A stretch of DNA of 64,000 nucleotides, from the NCBI GenBank assembly GCA_046314035.1, contig JBKBXP010000001.1, positions 580-64,579 of the forward strand, given 5' to 3'. The notes under the pieces were generated by a model. The model was given only the letters and a program-made list of their open reading frames with translations. It did not search any database and was not told where the DNA came from. Within the stretch, counting starts at the first letter, position 1; each line of letters begins with the position of its first letter. The DNA comes from Pseudorhizobium sp. (GTDB taxonomy: Bacteria > Pseudomonadota > Alphaproteobacteria > Rhizobiales > Rhizobiaceae). Position numbers and translations under genes: made by a program. Shown here in pieces: positions 1 to 10,015 of the stretch.

Positions 1-2238
1 GAACTCGTCGCGCGGGATCTCAAATCACTCGGCATCTACACGGCCCGGGCCCTTTCATTCGCCGGTGTCGAATATGAGATCCTCGAGCATTGCCTGACCG
101 AGGATCAGATCGCGGTATACGATTCCTATGCTGAGGCCTGGGCGATCATTCACGCCAACCTGCGCGAAGCGCTGGAAGCCACACGGATCGTCGACAGCGA
201 GACTGGCGGGACGCTCAACTCCGGTGCCAAGTCCGCAGCGCTGTCGATCTTCGAGGGAACCAAGCAGCGCTTCTTCGCGCAGCTGCTTCTGTCTATGAAG
301 CTCCCAAGCCTGCTGCCCGCTATCGATACGGCGATTGCCGAAGGGCAGGCCGTGGTCGTGCAACTGGTCTCGACGGCAGAAGCCATGCTCGACCGCCGAC
401 TTGCGGACCTATCGAACGAGGAACGCGAAACTCTGGAGATCGACCTGTCCCCGCGGGAATATGTCATCGACTATCTCGCCAAGAGCTTTCCTGTCCGCCT
501 GATGGCGGTGTTCACGGACGAAAACGGCAATCCTCGCTCAGAGCCCATGAGTGACGAGCAAGGCGCACCGGTGCTCTGCCGCTCTGCGCTTGCCGCGCGC
601 GACCGGATGATCGAACAGCTCTGCGCCTTGCCGCCGATTGCCACCGCGCTTGATGCCATCATCGAACGCTTCGGCGTCGAACAGGTGGCGGAAGTCACCG
701 GTCGTACACGCCGGCTCATCGTCGGCCGCGACGGTCGTCAGAAGCTCCAATCGCGGTCGCCGCGCGCCAACGTGTCTGAGACCCAGGCGTTCATGGACGG
801 CGCCAAGCGTATCTTGGTCTTCTCCGATGCTGGTGGAACCGGGCGCAGCTACCACGCTGATCTTACCGCGAGGAACCAGGCCCGCCGTGTCCACTTCCTC
901 CTCGAGCCGGGCTGGCGGGCGGACGCCGCAATCCAGGGGCTTGGCCGGACCAATCGCACCAACCAGGCATCAGCCCCGCTGTTCAGGCCGGTGACCACCG
1001 ACGTGCGCGGCGAGCGCCGGTTCATCTCGACTATCGCGCGGCGGTTGGACAGTCTTGGCGCTCTGACGCGCGGGCAGCGCCAGACCGGCGGACAGAACCT
1101 GTTTGATCCTGCCGACAATCTCGAAAGCATCTACGCCAAGGAAGCGCTCCATCGCTGGTTCGGGCTGTTGTTCACCGGCAAGCTTGAAGCGGTCAGCCTT
1201 GGACGATTTCAGGAGCTGACAGGCCTGCGGATTGAAGCGCCTGACGGGTCGATGGTCGATGACCTACCGTCGATCCAGCGGTGGCTCAATCGCATCCTGG
1301 CGCTTCCTATCGCCCTGCAGAACGCGATATTTGACGAGTTCATGGGACTGGCCGAAGCGCGCATCGATGCCGCGCGGCAGGCTGGCACACTCGACCTCGG
1401 CCTGGAGACCATCGCAGTCGAGGAGTTCACGATCCTGTCGGACACGTTGCTGCGCACGGATCCGGCATCGGGCGCGACCACCCATCTGCTGGAATTGGAA
1501 ATTGCCAGAGCCCTGAAGCCGCTCACGCTGAAGCGGCTCGAGGAGCTCCACGGCATCGCTGGGCAGCGGCAGCGGCTTCTGTGGAATGCCCGTTCAGGAC
1601 GGGTCGCATTGCTGGTGCCCGCTCGCAGCATTCTTGCCGATGACGGCACACGCGTGACCCGCTTCGAATTACTGCGCCCGCTCAAGCGCAGTCACATCAC
1701 CGAGGATCAGTTGGCGGAGAGCAGCTGGGAGGATATTGCCATCGACGCCTTCCGCAATGTCTGGTCAACCGAAGTCGCGGAGGCGCAAACCAGCCACAAG
1801 CGCGAGCACCTCTATCTTGCGACGGGCCTCCTGTTGCCGGTCTGGGACAAGCTTCCTTCGGATTTCGTGAGGGTGAGCCGCATCTCGGCGGCGGATGGTC
1901 GTTCGCTCCTCGGCCGGGAGGTTCCTGTCCATTCTGTTCCGGAACTGTGCCGGGCGCTGGGTCTGGAACGCGAGCAAACGCTCTCCGCCGATGACATCAT
2001 CCAGACCGTCCTGGCAAATGGCCGGGCCATGGAATTGGCCGGCCGCGAAAAGCTCATGGTCAAACGCAGCCTGGTCAATGGCTCACAGCGACTTGAACTC
2101 ACCGGATGGAGTGTTGCTCGGCTCGATTGGTACAAGGCGCAAGGCTGCTTTACCGAGATAATCCGCTACCAGACACGGCTGTTCGTGCCGATCGAAGGCG
2201 CAGCGAGCGTGATTGCCAGACTGGCATCATCGGCATAG
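1..2238 (+). CDS. Strawberry-notch-like SF2 helicase/NTPase (C-terminal part, truncated by window edge)
   Basis: Frame 1 is open from base 1 (ELVARDLKSLGIYTARALSF...) into the 295..2238 ORF. Motifs SDAGGTGRSYHAD and LEPGWRADAAIQGLGRTNRTNQ are typical of the strawberry notch helicase C domain. Confidence 0.9.
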   Translation, partial: ELVARDLKSLGIYTARALSFAGVEYEILEHCLTEDQIAVYDSYAEAWAIIHANLREALEATRIVDSETGGTLNSGAKSAALSIFEGTKQRFFAQLLLSMKLPSLLPAIDTAIAEGQAVVVQLVSTAEAMLDRRLADLSNEERETLEIDLSPREYVIDYLAKSFPVRLMAVFTDENGNPRSEPMSDEQGAPVLCRSALAARDRMIEQLCALPPIATALDAIIERFGVEQVAEVTGRTRRLIVGRDGRQKLQSRSPRANVSETQAFMDGAKRILVFSDAGGTGRSYHADLTARNQARRVHFLLEPGWRADAAIQGLGRTNRTNQASAPLFRPVTTDVRGERRFISTIARRLDSLGALTRGQRQTGGQNLFDPADNLESIYAKEALHRWFGLLFTGKLEAVSLGRFQELTGLRIEAPDGSMVDDLPSIQRWLNRILALPIALQNAIFDEFMGLAEARIDAARQAGTLDLGLETIAVEEFTILSDTLLRTDPASGATTHLLELEIARALKPLTLKRLEELHGIAGQRQRLLWNARSGRVALLVPARSILADDGTRVTRFELLRPLKRSHITEDQLAESSWEDIAIDAFRNVWSTEVAEAQTSHKREHLYLATGLLLPVWDKLPSDFVRVSRISAADGRSLLGREVPVHSVPELCRALGLEREQTLSADDIIQTVLANGRAMELAGREKLMVKRSLVNGSQRLELTGWSVARLDWYKAQGCFTEIIRYQTRLFVPIEGAASVIARLASSA

Positions 2239-2242
2239 TTCC

Positions 2243-2278
2243 TTGCCAAATGGCATTATTCAGAGTATATGATGCCAT
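2243..2278 (+). promoter_or_regulatory. Putative sigma70 promoter and palindromic operator of the Xre/RES TA operon
   Basis: TTGCCA (2243-2248), 17 bp spacer, TATATG (2266-2271). Inverted repeat ATGGCAT (2250-2256) / ATGCCAT (2272-2278) brackets the -10. Confidence 0.55.
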
Positions 2279-2291
2279 ATGGAGAACTGCC

Positions 2292-2705
2292 ATGCTTGCT
2301 CTGCAACCCGTTGATACCGCCGTTACCGCCTTCCGGCCCGATCCGATTACTCAGGACGAGGCAGCTGCCATGTTCCGGGCAGTCCTCAATCTGTTCGGCA
2401 AATGGGAACTGACCGACGAGCAGGCGGCAACCCTGCTCGACATGCCGGTTCGATCTTATCGGCGCTGGAAGGCGGAAGGGCCGGGACGCGTCTCGCGCGA
2501 TGGGCGTGCTCGTCTCTCCAACCTCATGGGCATTCACAAGGCGCTCCGGATCATCTTCTCGGAGGCGACCCGTGGTTATGCCTGGATCAGGGCGACCAAC
2601 GATGCATTCGGTGGCGTGAGTGGCCTTGACGTGATGCTCGGAGGCGAGCTCACCGACATCATGCGGGTGCGTCGCTACCTCGACGCCGAACGTGGTGGAT
2701 GGTGA
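2292..2705 (+). CDS. Xre/MbcA/ParS-family antitoxin
   Basis: ATG at 2292 after GGAGA. HTH (QAATLLDMPVRSYRRWK) plus C-terminal W..N..FGG..LD.ML..G motif; overlaps the RES gene. Confidence 0.88.
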   Translation: MLALQPVDTAVTAFRPDPITQDEAAAMFRAVLNLFGKWELTDEQAATLLDMPVRSYRRWKAEGPGRVSRDGRARLSNLMGIHKALRIIFSEATRGYAWIRATNDAFGGVSGLDVMLGGELTDIMRVRRYLDAERGGW

Positions 2706-3436
2706 GCGGAACGGCGGATATCCCCGTTTCTCGAGTTGAGTGGAAGGGTGCTGTTCGGATCATCCGCAGTGCCTTTCCGCCCATCGACCTGTTCGAGGAC
2801 ATCGCTGATCCAGCCGACTGGCCGCTATTGATCTCGGCAGAGCAGAAGACCAATCCTCGCATCATGGCGACGATTGGCAATCTTGACCTCGTTCCAGTCG
2901 ACCGACGCGTCGGCGGCAACGGCGCTTCCTACCTCATGGCGCCATTCACACATGTCAGCACCGACCGGCCAAGTCGCTTTACCGATGGCAGCTACGGCGT
3001 GCTCTATGTTGGCGACCGGTTTGAAACCGCGTTGTTCGAGACGATCCACCACCATGCCCGCTTCATGGCCCGAACCCACGAAGCGCCTGGCTGGACGTCG
3101 CAATTCCGGGAGATCGTCATGTCGGTAGATGCAGATTTGCATGATCTCCGAGTTCCGGCGGGGGAGCCAGTTCCGGCGCTCGATCCCGACAGCTACGCGG
3201 CATCGCAAGCGGTCTCGCGGCACCTCAGGGGCGCGGGATCGAACGGAATTGCCTACCCGAGCATCCGGCATCCCGGTGGGAAATGCGTCGCGCTCTTCTA
3301 CCCGGACTGCGCGTCGAACCCCCTACAGGGGCGGCACCTCGACTATCACTGGGATGGCGCGCGCGTCGATCTGGTGCGCGATGCTGGGACGGGCGCGGTC
3401 TTTCGTGTGGTGGACCTGCCCGCCAGTCAGACCTAA
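2699..3436 (+). CDS. RES-domain toxin (NAD+ phosphorylase family)
   Basis: SRFTDGSYGVLY, ETALFET and GIAYPSIR motifs supply the R-E-S residues; coupled to the antitoxin. Confidence 0.88.
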   Translation: MVSGTADIPVSRVEWKGAVRIIRSAFPPIDLFEDIADPADWPLLISAEQKTNPRIMATIGNLDLVPVDRRVGGNGASYLMAPFTHVSTDRPSRFTDGSYGVLYVGDRFETALFETIHHHARFMARTHEAPGWTSQFREIVMSVDADLHDLRVPAGEPVPALDPDSYAASQAVSRHLRGAGSNGIAYPSIRHPGGKCVALFYPDCASNPLQGRHLDYHWDGARVDLVRDAGTGAVFRVVDLPASQT

Positions 3437-3456
3437 TCGCTTCAAACCCGTAACCG

Positions 3457-4913
3457 TTAGATGTATCGCCGATAATCGGGGCTAACCACTTGGCCATCGG
3501 CCATGTACTTCAGCACCTCACCGACCTTTCGGGCGGCCCGGATGGGGACTGGTAGACGCTGGTTCATCTGCGTCGAATTCCAGTTGATCTTCGTCAGCGA
3601 CAAAACCTCTTCTGCGATTTGCGCTATCGTGCTGTCGCTGCTGGGGTGCGGGCAAAGCAGCAATGGTCGGGGCACATACAGACCTGGATAGGTGGCGTAA
3701 TAAGGGATGCTGCCATTGGTGTAGAGCAGACCCTTGCCATTTAGCTCAACGAACGTGCCTCGGAGGACCGGGTAATCGCCATCTCGCAGAATCTTTGCGT
3801 CATACGACTCCTGGACCCACACTAGATCGCGGTACTCTGTTTCCGCCTCATTAAGCGCTCGCAGGATGCCATCGGCCTCCTCGCTGCGGAAGCGCGATGT
3901 CTTCAAGATGATGACACGGGCCGGAGGATGTTTGTGGTGGTCCCGATAGGCCTTTAATGCGCCCTTCACGAGCTCATAAGCATCAGCCTCGGTCATGTAT
4001 GGATGGCGGCCACGCGTCTCGGTCTGAGCTCGCTTGCCCTTCAAGATAAACCCTCTGCCGCGCTCGTCGAACATCTGGGCAGCGCTGGTCCAAAGCTGCT
4101 GGCCGCTCACGTCGCGGTAGAAGCTGATCCCAATGTAGCAGGCGCGAAACTCCCCCTCCTTCGGTAAACGGCGCCATGGAATGCGTCCTGAGCCCTTGTA
4201 GTAGAGAGTGGTAATCAGGTTCCAAGTTCGTCCAGCCTGGTCCTGAATTTTCCGATCGCTGGAGACCTTCACCTTCCTGGGAATCTTGGCCTTCTCGTCG
4301 ATGACGTCTTCCCAGATAATCTGGATCGGGAAGTTGAGTGGCATGGCCCTTGCCTTCAGCAGTCCGCGGAAATTTGGGGCATCTGAGCCCCCGCATCCTC
4401 CACCTCAACGGTACCTTCGGCATCAGTCTTGGCATTCCATACCCGCTCAATCAGCGCCACAGGCAGTGCGACCACCGCGACATCGGGCCGGCTTCCGCTA
4501 TCATCGATCGTTTGAAGGATATCCATGATAGCATCGACCGCCATTTCGACCGCCTTTGCGTGATTGGGCTCCTTTATGATCCGATCAATTTGCGCCTTGG
4601 TGAGCGCGCGACAAGCGTCATCATCAACCTCGAAACCACAGCGGAACGGATTGTTATTGTGAAGGCCCGGGAAGTTAGGGTTCATGTTCGGGTGGCTTTC
4701 AGCCTTTGATGCGAACCCGCCTGCGGCCGTCAGGAAGAATTCCTTCGTTCCCTGAACCGTCTTTGAATCGCCTACTACGCCCAAGCGGATCTTGTCGCCC
4801 AGCGGCGCCTGTAGCGGACCGGCTTCGGTCAGCCCGAGACGAGGATCCTGATGGCTGTGCTGATCGCCAAATTCGAGCAGTGGCTCATCGAATATCCGGC
4901 ACTCAAACCTCAT
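3457..4913 (-). pseudogene. Short prokaryotic Argonaute (MID-PIWI, catalytically inactive), split by a 1-nt frameshift
   Basis: N-part [16 protein letters not shown]...DPRLGL; C-part ACYIGISFY...LTKINWN..Q...[11 protein letters not shown]. Adding one base to the C5 run at 4388-4392 joins them through [18 protein letters not shown], giving about 485 aa. Confidence 0.85.
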
Positions 4914-6233
4914 TGAACAACAGCTCCGAAGTATCGCAAGCATCTCGCTCCACTGCCGATCGTCGACCCCAAACATCGTCCGGCACTGCAGTTGGCAGCT
5001 CGATTTCCGGCGGAGGGTCGAAGCGCAGGGTTACAGCCGGTCCGATAGGCTCGGCGAACAGATCGGTGGCGCCGCTCTCATACTGCGTCAGGAAGCGATG
5101 CCACATAATTACTTGGCCACGGATCGCGGCGTTGTTTTCCATCCGCTTCTTCCCCGAGAGCAGCGCATCTGGGAAAGGGTGGCGCGTGTAGCCGTTCGTC
5201 GTGAAATGGTAGGTCGGACTGACCATCAAAAACCATTGATCCATCATGCATTCGAATTTCGGCACGAAGGCATGATGCCTTACGAAGCCTACCTTGCCAG
5301 GCACTTTCGTGCTCATGGTGACATTCACCACGTCTGCCTTCGTCTTCACCTTGGCCGACTGGTAATGGAATGTTCGTGGCTGGCTGTCCTCATGCGCCTT
5401 TACGTAGAAGATTTTATTATCCTTATCCCAAGCCAGATCATCTTGCATCTGATGCTGAAGCGTTTGACGCAACAGGAACGCGAAGTTGTTCTGCTCGTCT
5501 ATGTCGTCATGAAACCCAATCAAACTGGTCTCGATAGCTTCGACCTGGTCGATATCGACGAAACATCCTGTCACCGCCTCACGTGGGTCATGGAAGGACC
5601 AGAATGTGCCATCCTTGATCACCCAGTCGTATCGCGCGCTTCTCCAGTGTCGTACATCTCCTTGATCGCGCTCTTGCGATCAAAAGCCGTACTCGCAACG
5701 AAGATCTCGGTGGGCAAAGTAATCGGTAGAAAATTGACCAGTGCTGTTTCACCGCCGCCCAATGGGGGGACGTAGTATCCGAAACCATTGATGGGAACTG
5801 TCAGGGCCGCGAGCCGGTCGAGCGATGATTTGTCTAAAGCGTCCTGCGTCTTGTCAAACGTCAGCCGGCGCTGCTCCACTCCCGGTTGGACTTGAACCTG
5901 CGCCCAATAGTGGCTGTCGTCGCTCTCCCGGTACATCACGACGATGACTGGGAGGTTGGACGTCTTCCAGTAAGCAAGGTCCTTCACGTCCAGTAGGTAG
6001 GTGAAGCCGGTTTCCGTTTCGGACGTATATTTCGCTGCTCGGGTCGACTTGATCTGCACGGCAATCATCCGCGCCGTTGGCTCGCCATCGATCATCACTT
6101 CCGCCAGGCCGTCGATGCCCGCCTCCAGCCGACTACGAGAGTCAAATTGGAAGCCCATGGACAAGAAACGCTTGCGAACTGCCGCCTCGCCCAACTCGCC
6201 GATCAGTTGATTGTCGGTGATCCTTTTCGCCAT
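4903..6233 (-). pseudogene. DUF4365 (PD-(D/E)XK nuclease)-APAZ effector of a short pAgo (SPARDA/DREN-APAZ type), split by a 1-nt frameshift
   Basis: ATG 6233 [16 protein letters not shown]...GIDG...VQIKST. The frame breaks near 5632-5640 (GAAGCGCGCGATAC); one added base gives ...[20 protein letters not shown] and about 443 aa. The stop overlaps the pAgo start. Confidence 0.78.
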
Positions 6234-6419
6234 ACTCGGATGATAGAACATCGTAGCAACAACGCCATCTCGAATTTTGTAATTCGCTGATCTTCTCCAC
6301 GATTTCCTACTTCCTAAACCTTTTTGGCCGTCTCTATGAGAGGGAAGGGGGCTTTGCCCTGATTGAGCCATTTGGGCGTCGATGGTCGATGCGCGGGCTC
6401 ACAATCAGGAGTGTGTCCC

Positions 6420-8408
6420 ATGATCAAGTCGATCCCGCTGAACAAGCTCGTTCAATCGCCCCGTAATGTCCGCCGTCACACTGACCCGGCAGCAGATGCT
6501 GAGCTTAAGGCCAGCATCGCAGCACGCGGTCTGCTACAGAACCTGATCGTCAGACCCGCCGCCAAGGGCAAGTTTGAGGTCGAAGCCGGTGAGCGGCGTC
6601 GGCGTGCGATGCTCGCGCTGGCAGACGAAAAGATCCTCGCTCGCGATCACGACGTCACCTGTCTGGTCCTCGAGGACAGTGCCGAAGCTGCGGTCGAGAC
6701 CAGTCTCGCCGAGAACTTCCACCGTCTCGCCATGAACCCGGCCGACGAAGCCCAGGCCTTTGCGGCGCTTGTCGCAGGCGGTGCGAGTGTCGAAGATGTT
6801 GCCCGTCGCTTCGGTCTGACCGTACGCTTTGTCGAGGGCCGTCTGCGCCTTGCAACGCTTGCGCCCGTTGTGTTCGAGGCTCTGGCGTCCGGCGAGATCA
6901 CTCTCGACATCGCCAAAGCCTTCGGCGCGACCTCGGACCAGGACATCCAGGCTCGCGTCTTCGAGCAGGTCACCTCTGCCTATTATGCGCCCAATCCCGA
7001 TAGCATCCGGCGCATGGTTCTGTCCGGCACCGTCCGCGGCGGTGATCCGCGAGCGCGCCTTGTCGGCCGCGATGCCTACATCGCAGCCGGCGGTCGGATC
7101 GAGCGCGAACTGTTCGATGACGAAGACAGCGAATCCTGGGTCGACGTCGCGTTGCTCGAGAGCCTCGCCGCAGCGAAGATGGAAGAGCAGGCGAAAGCGC
7201 TCGCCGCTGAGCAGGGTCTCGCCTGGGTCAAGCCCACGCTCGATCCCTATGCCAGCCACGATCTCGTCGAGGGGCTGGTCCGACTTCCTGCCGAACCGGC
7301 GCCGCTGACCGAAGCCGAATTGGCAAGGCTCGACGAACTCGATACCTCCTATGACGAACATGCGGCGATCCTCGAAGACGAGGACAGTGCCGAGGAGGCT
7401 GTGGCTGCGGCCGAAGCGGCAATCGAGGCCATCGAACGCGAGTGCCAGGAAATCCGGGCCCGACCGCCGGTTATCGCGCCCGAACTCAAGGCCGAGGCAG
7501 GAATGGTGCTGGTGCTCTCCCGTGATGGGACGCCGGTTCTCCAGCCGGTGTTCTACGGCGAGCGTCAAGCTGAACCCGCCGAAGCCGACGGTGGGATCGA
7601 AGTCGTTGCTGGCGAGGAAGGTTCGGACAAGCGCCGGACGACCTTGTCCAAGCGCCTGGTTGACGAGCTCGCGATGCAGCGCCGGGATGTCCTGGCACTG
7701 CACGTTGCATCTGACCCCGGTCTGGCGCTCGACATCATGGTCTTCACGCTTGCCGATGCCGATACCCACGACTGGCGGGCGCGGGCTGCGAGCACGCTGC
7801 GCGCGCCTGTTCCGGCAGGCCCGATCATCGGCTTCGAAGCCAAGGATGCTCCGGCGAGCAGCGGGCTTGCCGAGTTCCGCTCCAGTCTCGACGAAAGCTG
7901 GCGCGCTGGTGACGATGCGATCTCCCGCTTCGATCTGTTTCGGGCGCTGCCCGATGACAGCCGCGCGGCCTGGCTTGGCTATGTCGTTGCCCGGTCGCTC
8001 GAGGCGAGCCTCAACATGGCCGGTGAGCGTCAGCTGCCATTCCAAGATCATCTCGGAAGCCTGGTCGGCATCGACATGGCGCAGTGGTGGCGCCCGACGG
8101 CGGCCAACTACTTTGATCGGGTGTCGAAGCAGGTGATCCTCGATGCGCTGACCGATGTCGGCGGTCTCGAGCTCTCCTCGCGCTTTGCGTCGGTCAAGAA
8201 GGGTGACCTGGCGATGAGCGCCGAGCGCGTCTTCGCCGGCACCTACATCACCGAGGTCGAGGTCCGCGAAAAGGCTCTGGCCTGGGTGCCCGAGGTCATG
8301 TGCTTCGCTTGCACTGCACCGGAGGTTGGTGAAGCCGAGATCGAAGCAGCTGACGCTGATCCTGGTGTCGACGGCGAAATTCATACCCCCCGCGAGCTGG
8401 CCGCCTGA
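6420..8408 (+). CDS. Long ParB/RepB/Spo0J-family protein (leading-region type, no adjacent parA)
   Basis: ParB N-domain (GLLQNLIV, AGERRRRA, SLAEN) and HTH; ATG 6420 after CAGGAG. Confidence 0.9.
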   Translation: MIKSIPLNKLVQSPRNVRRHTDPAADAELKASIAARGLLQNLIVRPAAKGKFEVEAGERRRRAMLALADEKILARDHDVTCLVLEDSAEAAVETSLAENFHRLAMNPADEAQAFAALVAGGASVEDVARRFGLTVRFVEGRLRLATLAPVVFEALASGEITLDIAKAFGATSDQDIQARVFEQVTSAYYAPNPDSIRRMVLSGTVRGGDPRARLVGRDAYIAAGGRIERELFDDEDSESWVDVALLESLAAAKMEEQAKALAAEQGLAWVKPTLDPYASHDLVEGLVRLPAEPAPLTEAELARLDELDTSYDEHAAILEDEDSAEEAVAAAEAAIEAIERECQEIRARPPVIAPELKAEAGMVLVLSRDGTPVLQPVFYGERQAEPAEADGGIEVVAGEEGSDKRRTTLSKRLVDELAMQRRDVLALHVASDPGLALDIMVFTLADADTHDWRARAASTLRAPVPAGPIIGFEAKDAPASSGLAEFRSSLDESWRAGDDAISRFDLFRALPDDSRAAWLGYVVARSLEASLNMAGERQLPFQDHLGSLVGIDMAQWWRPTAANYFDRVSKQVILDALTDVGGLELSSRFASVKKGDLAMSAERVFAGTYITEVEVREKALAWVPEVMCFACTAPEVGEAEIEAADADPGVDGEIHTPRELAA

Positions 8409-8443
8409 CCTCCTCCTGACAGGCTCGGCCACTCGCACCTAGA

Positions 8444-8485
8444 GAAGCGGTCCTTCGGCTTACGCCGGAGGGCCGCTTCCTTTTT
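8444..8485 (+). terminator. Intrinsic terminator after parB-like gene
   Basis: GAAGCGGTCCTTCGGC-TTAC-GCCGGAGGGCCGCTTC hairpin followed by CTTTTT. Confidence 0.7.
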
Positions 8486-8575
8486 GGAAGCAGAGCAGAG
8501 GGGGCTCGGGAACCTGTGGCACTGACCGGCGAACCCGTCGCCGACTGTCCAGATGCCTCAATCAGGAGAACCATC

Positions 8576-9517
8576 ATGGCCTATCGTAAGCGGCATGGCA
8601 GCGGCGTGTCGCCCGCCACCCGCATCACCCAAGAAATCATCGCCCGTCTGGAAGCAGGCACGAAGCCGTGGATCAAACCGTGGCGCGGTGTCCCGGTCTC
8701 CCGGCCCCTTCGGGCTTGCGGCATCCCGTACCGCGGCATGAACGTGTTTTGGCTCTGGATGGTCGCCGACATGTGCGGCTACGCCTCGCCGTTCTGGATG
8801 ACCTACAACCAAGCGAAATCGCTCGGAGCCCAGGTTCGCAAGGGCGAGAAGTCGACCATCGCGATCTTCTACAAGAGCTACAACAAAGAGGTGGAAGCCC
8901 CCGATACCGGCGAAAAGACCGACGAAGCCCGCCGGGTGCTGAAGGCCTATCCGGTCTTCAATGCCGATCAGGTCGAAGGGCTGCCCGAGCGCTTTCATCC
9001 GGCTGCAACGCTCGAATTGGTCGAGCCTGCAGGGCGCGAAGCCGAGCTCGACGCCTTCTTCGCTGCCATCCCCGTCAACCTGCGCCACCAAGGCTGCGAA
9101 GCCTATTATGAACCGACTGCGGATCGCGTTACAATGCCGCCAACGAGCCTATTCTCTGGTTTCGATCACTACTACGCCACGCTCGCACACGAGTTGTCGC
9201 ACTGGACCGGCCATGCGACCCGTCTGGGACGTGATCTCAAGAACCGCTTCGGCACAGCGGCATACGCCGCCGAGGAACTGGTCGCCGAACTCTCCAGCGC
9301 CATGCTGGGCGCCGAGCTGGGGCTGCCGGTCACGCATCTCGACAGCCACGCGAGCTATATCGAGCACTGGCTCAAGCTTCTGAAGCACGACGACCGCGCC
9401 ATCCTGACCGCTGCGGCCAAGGCCGAAGAAGCTGCGAGACTGCTGCTGAATCTCGGCGGGAGAGTCACTCCTGAGCAGTTTGACGACGTGTCAGACGACG
9501 CTGCGCTTGCGGCCTGA
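8576..9517 (+). CDS. ardC: ArdC antirestriction protein (ssDNA-binding domain + zincin-like metallopeptidase)
   Basis: PWIKPW, YRGMN, WMTYNQA, VRKGEK, VFNADQ, zinc motif HELSHWTG and YAAEELVAEL. Confidence 0.93.
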   Translation: MAYRKRHGSGVSPATRITQEIIARLEAGTKPWIKPWRGVPVSRPLRACGIPYRGMNVFWLWMVADMCGYASPFWMTYNQAKSLGAQVRKGEKSTIAIFYKSYNKEVEAPDTGEKTDEARRVLKAYPVFNADQVEGLPERFHPAATLELVEPAGREAELDAFFAAIPVNLRHQGCEAYYEPTADRVTMPPTSLFSGFDHYYATLAHELSHWTGHATRLGRDLKNRFGTAAYAAEELVAELSSAMLGAELGLPVTHLDSHASYIEHWLKLLKHDDRAILTAAAKAEEAARLLLNLGGRVTPEQFDDVSDDAALAA

Positions 9518-9528
9518 GGGAGGATGTC

Positions 9529-9951
9529 ATGGGCCGATCCGTCAGCTATCCCAGCGGCGCTATAGTCGCCTTCACGGTGCTCGAGGTCGAAAGCGAGGAC
9601 GACTGGGAATTTGAGTACGAATGGCTGCGCGACGATCTGCGCGAACGGGCATCCAGAGCCTTTCCGTCCCTGATCCCGCATGACGCCTGGCGCGGTCGGG
9701 AGGACCGGACCCTCATGCGCAATGCCTACGCCGATTTCGGCGTATCGGTCTATGGCGGGCTGGTGGCCGTCTGGATCGTCGAACGCGATGACGGGGCCTA
9801 TTGGGACGCCGATTGGCGCACGGCCCGTTCACCCCGCGCACAGCGCTGGCTGTCCCAGATTGCATCCCGGTTCGATGCCATGTTCGGCGACTACGATTGC
9901 CTTGGGCATATGTCGAACGGCGAGGGGGTCTACACCAAGCGCGCAGCTTGA
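9529..9951 (+). CDS. Hypothetical acidic/Trp-rich protein co-transcribed with ardC
   Basis: 140 aa ORF with GGAGG SD, 11 nt after the ardC stop. Confidence 0.7.
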   Translation: MGRSVSYPSGAIVAFTVLEVESEDDWEFEYEWLRDDLRERASRAFPSLIPHDAWRGREDRTLMRNAYADFGVSVYGGLVAVWIVERDDGAYWDADWRTARSPRAQRWLSQIASRFDAMFGDYDCLGHMSNGEGVYTKRAA

Positions 9952-10015
9952 GCTCCGCGACTTGGTCACGCCCATAGCTTTGGGTTGCCATCCCTGACTG
10001 AGCTTTGCCGGCCGC

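Noticed and set aside
3457-4344. Stand-alone active or long Argonaute
   Set aside because: The first catalytic Asp position reads GISF, no N/PAZ domains are present, and the ORF is the 3' half of a frameshifted short pAgo.
6246-6260. GAAC-N7-CAAC just upstream of the DUF4365-APAZ start as a firm LexA box
   Set aside because: One mismatch in a conserved position; kept only as a weak supporting site.
6534-8438. 634 aa antisense ORF over parB (likewise 15304-16779, 41031-42773, 51564-53105 and many shorter ones)
   Set aside because: Shadow ORFs opposite well-supported genes in GC-rich DNA; no recognisable motifs.
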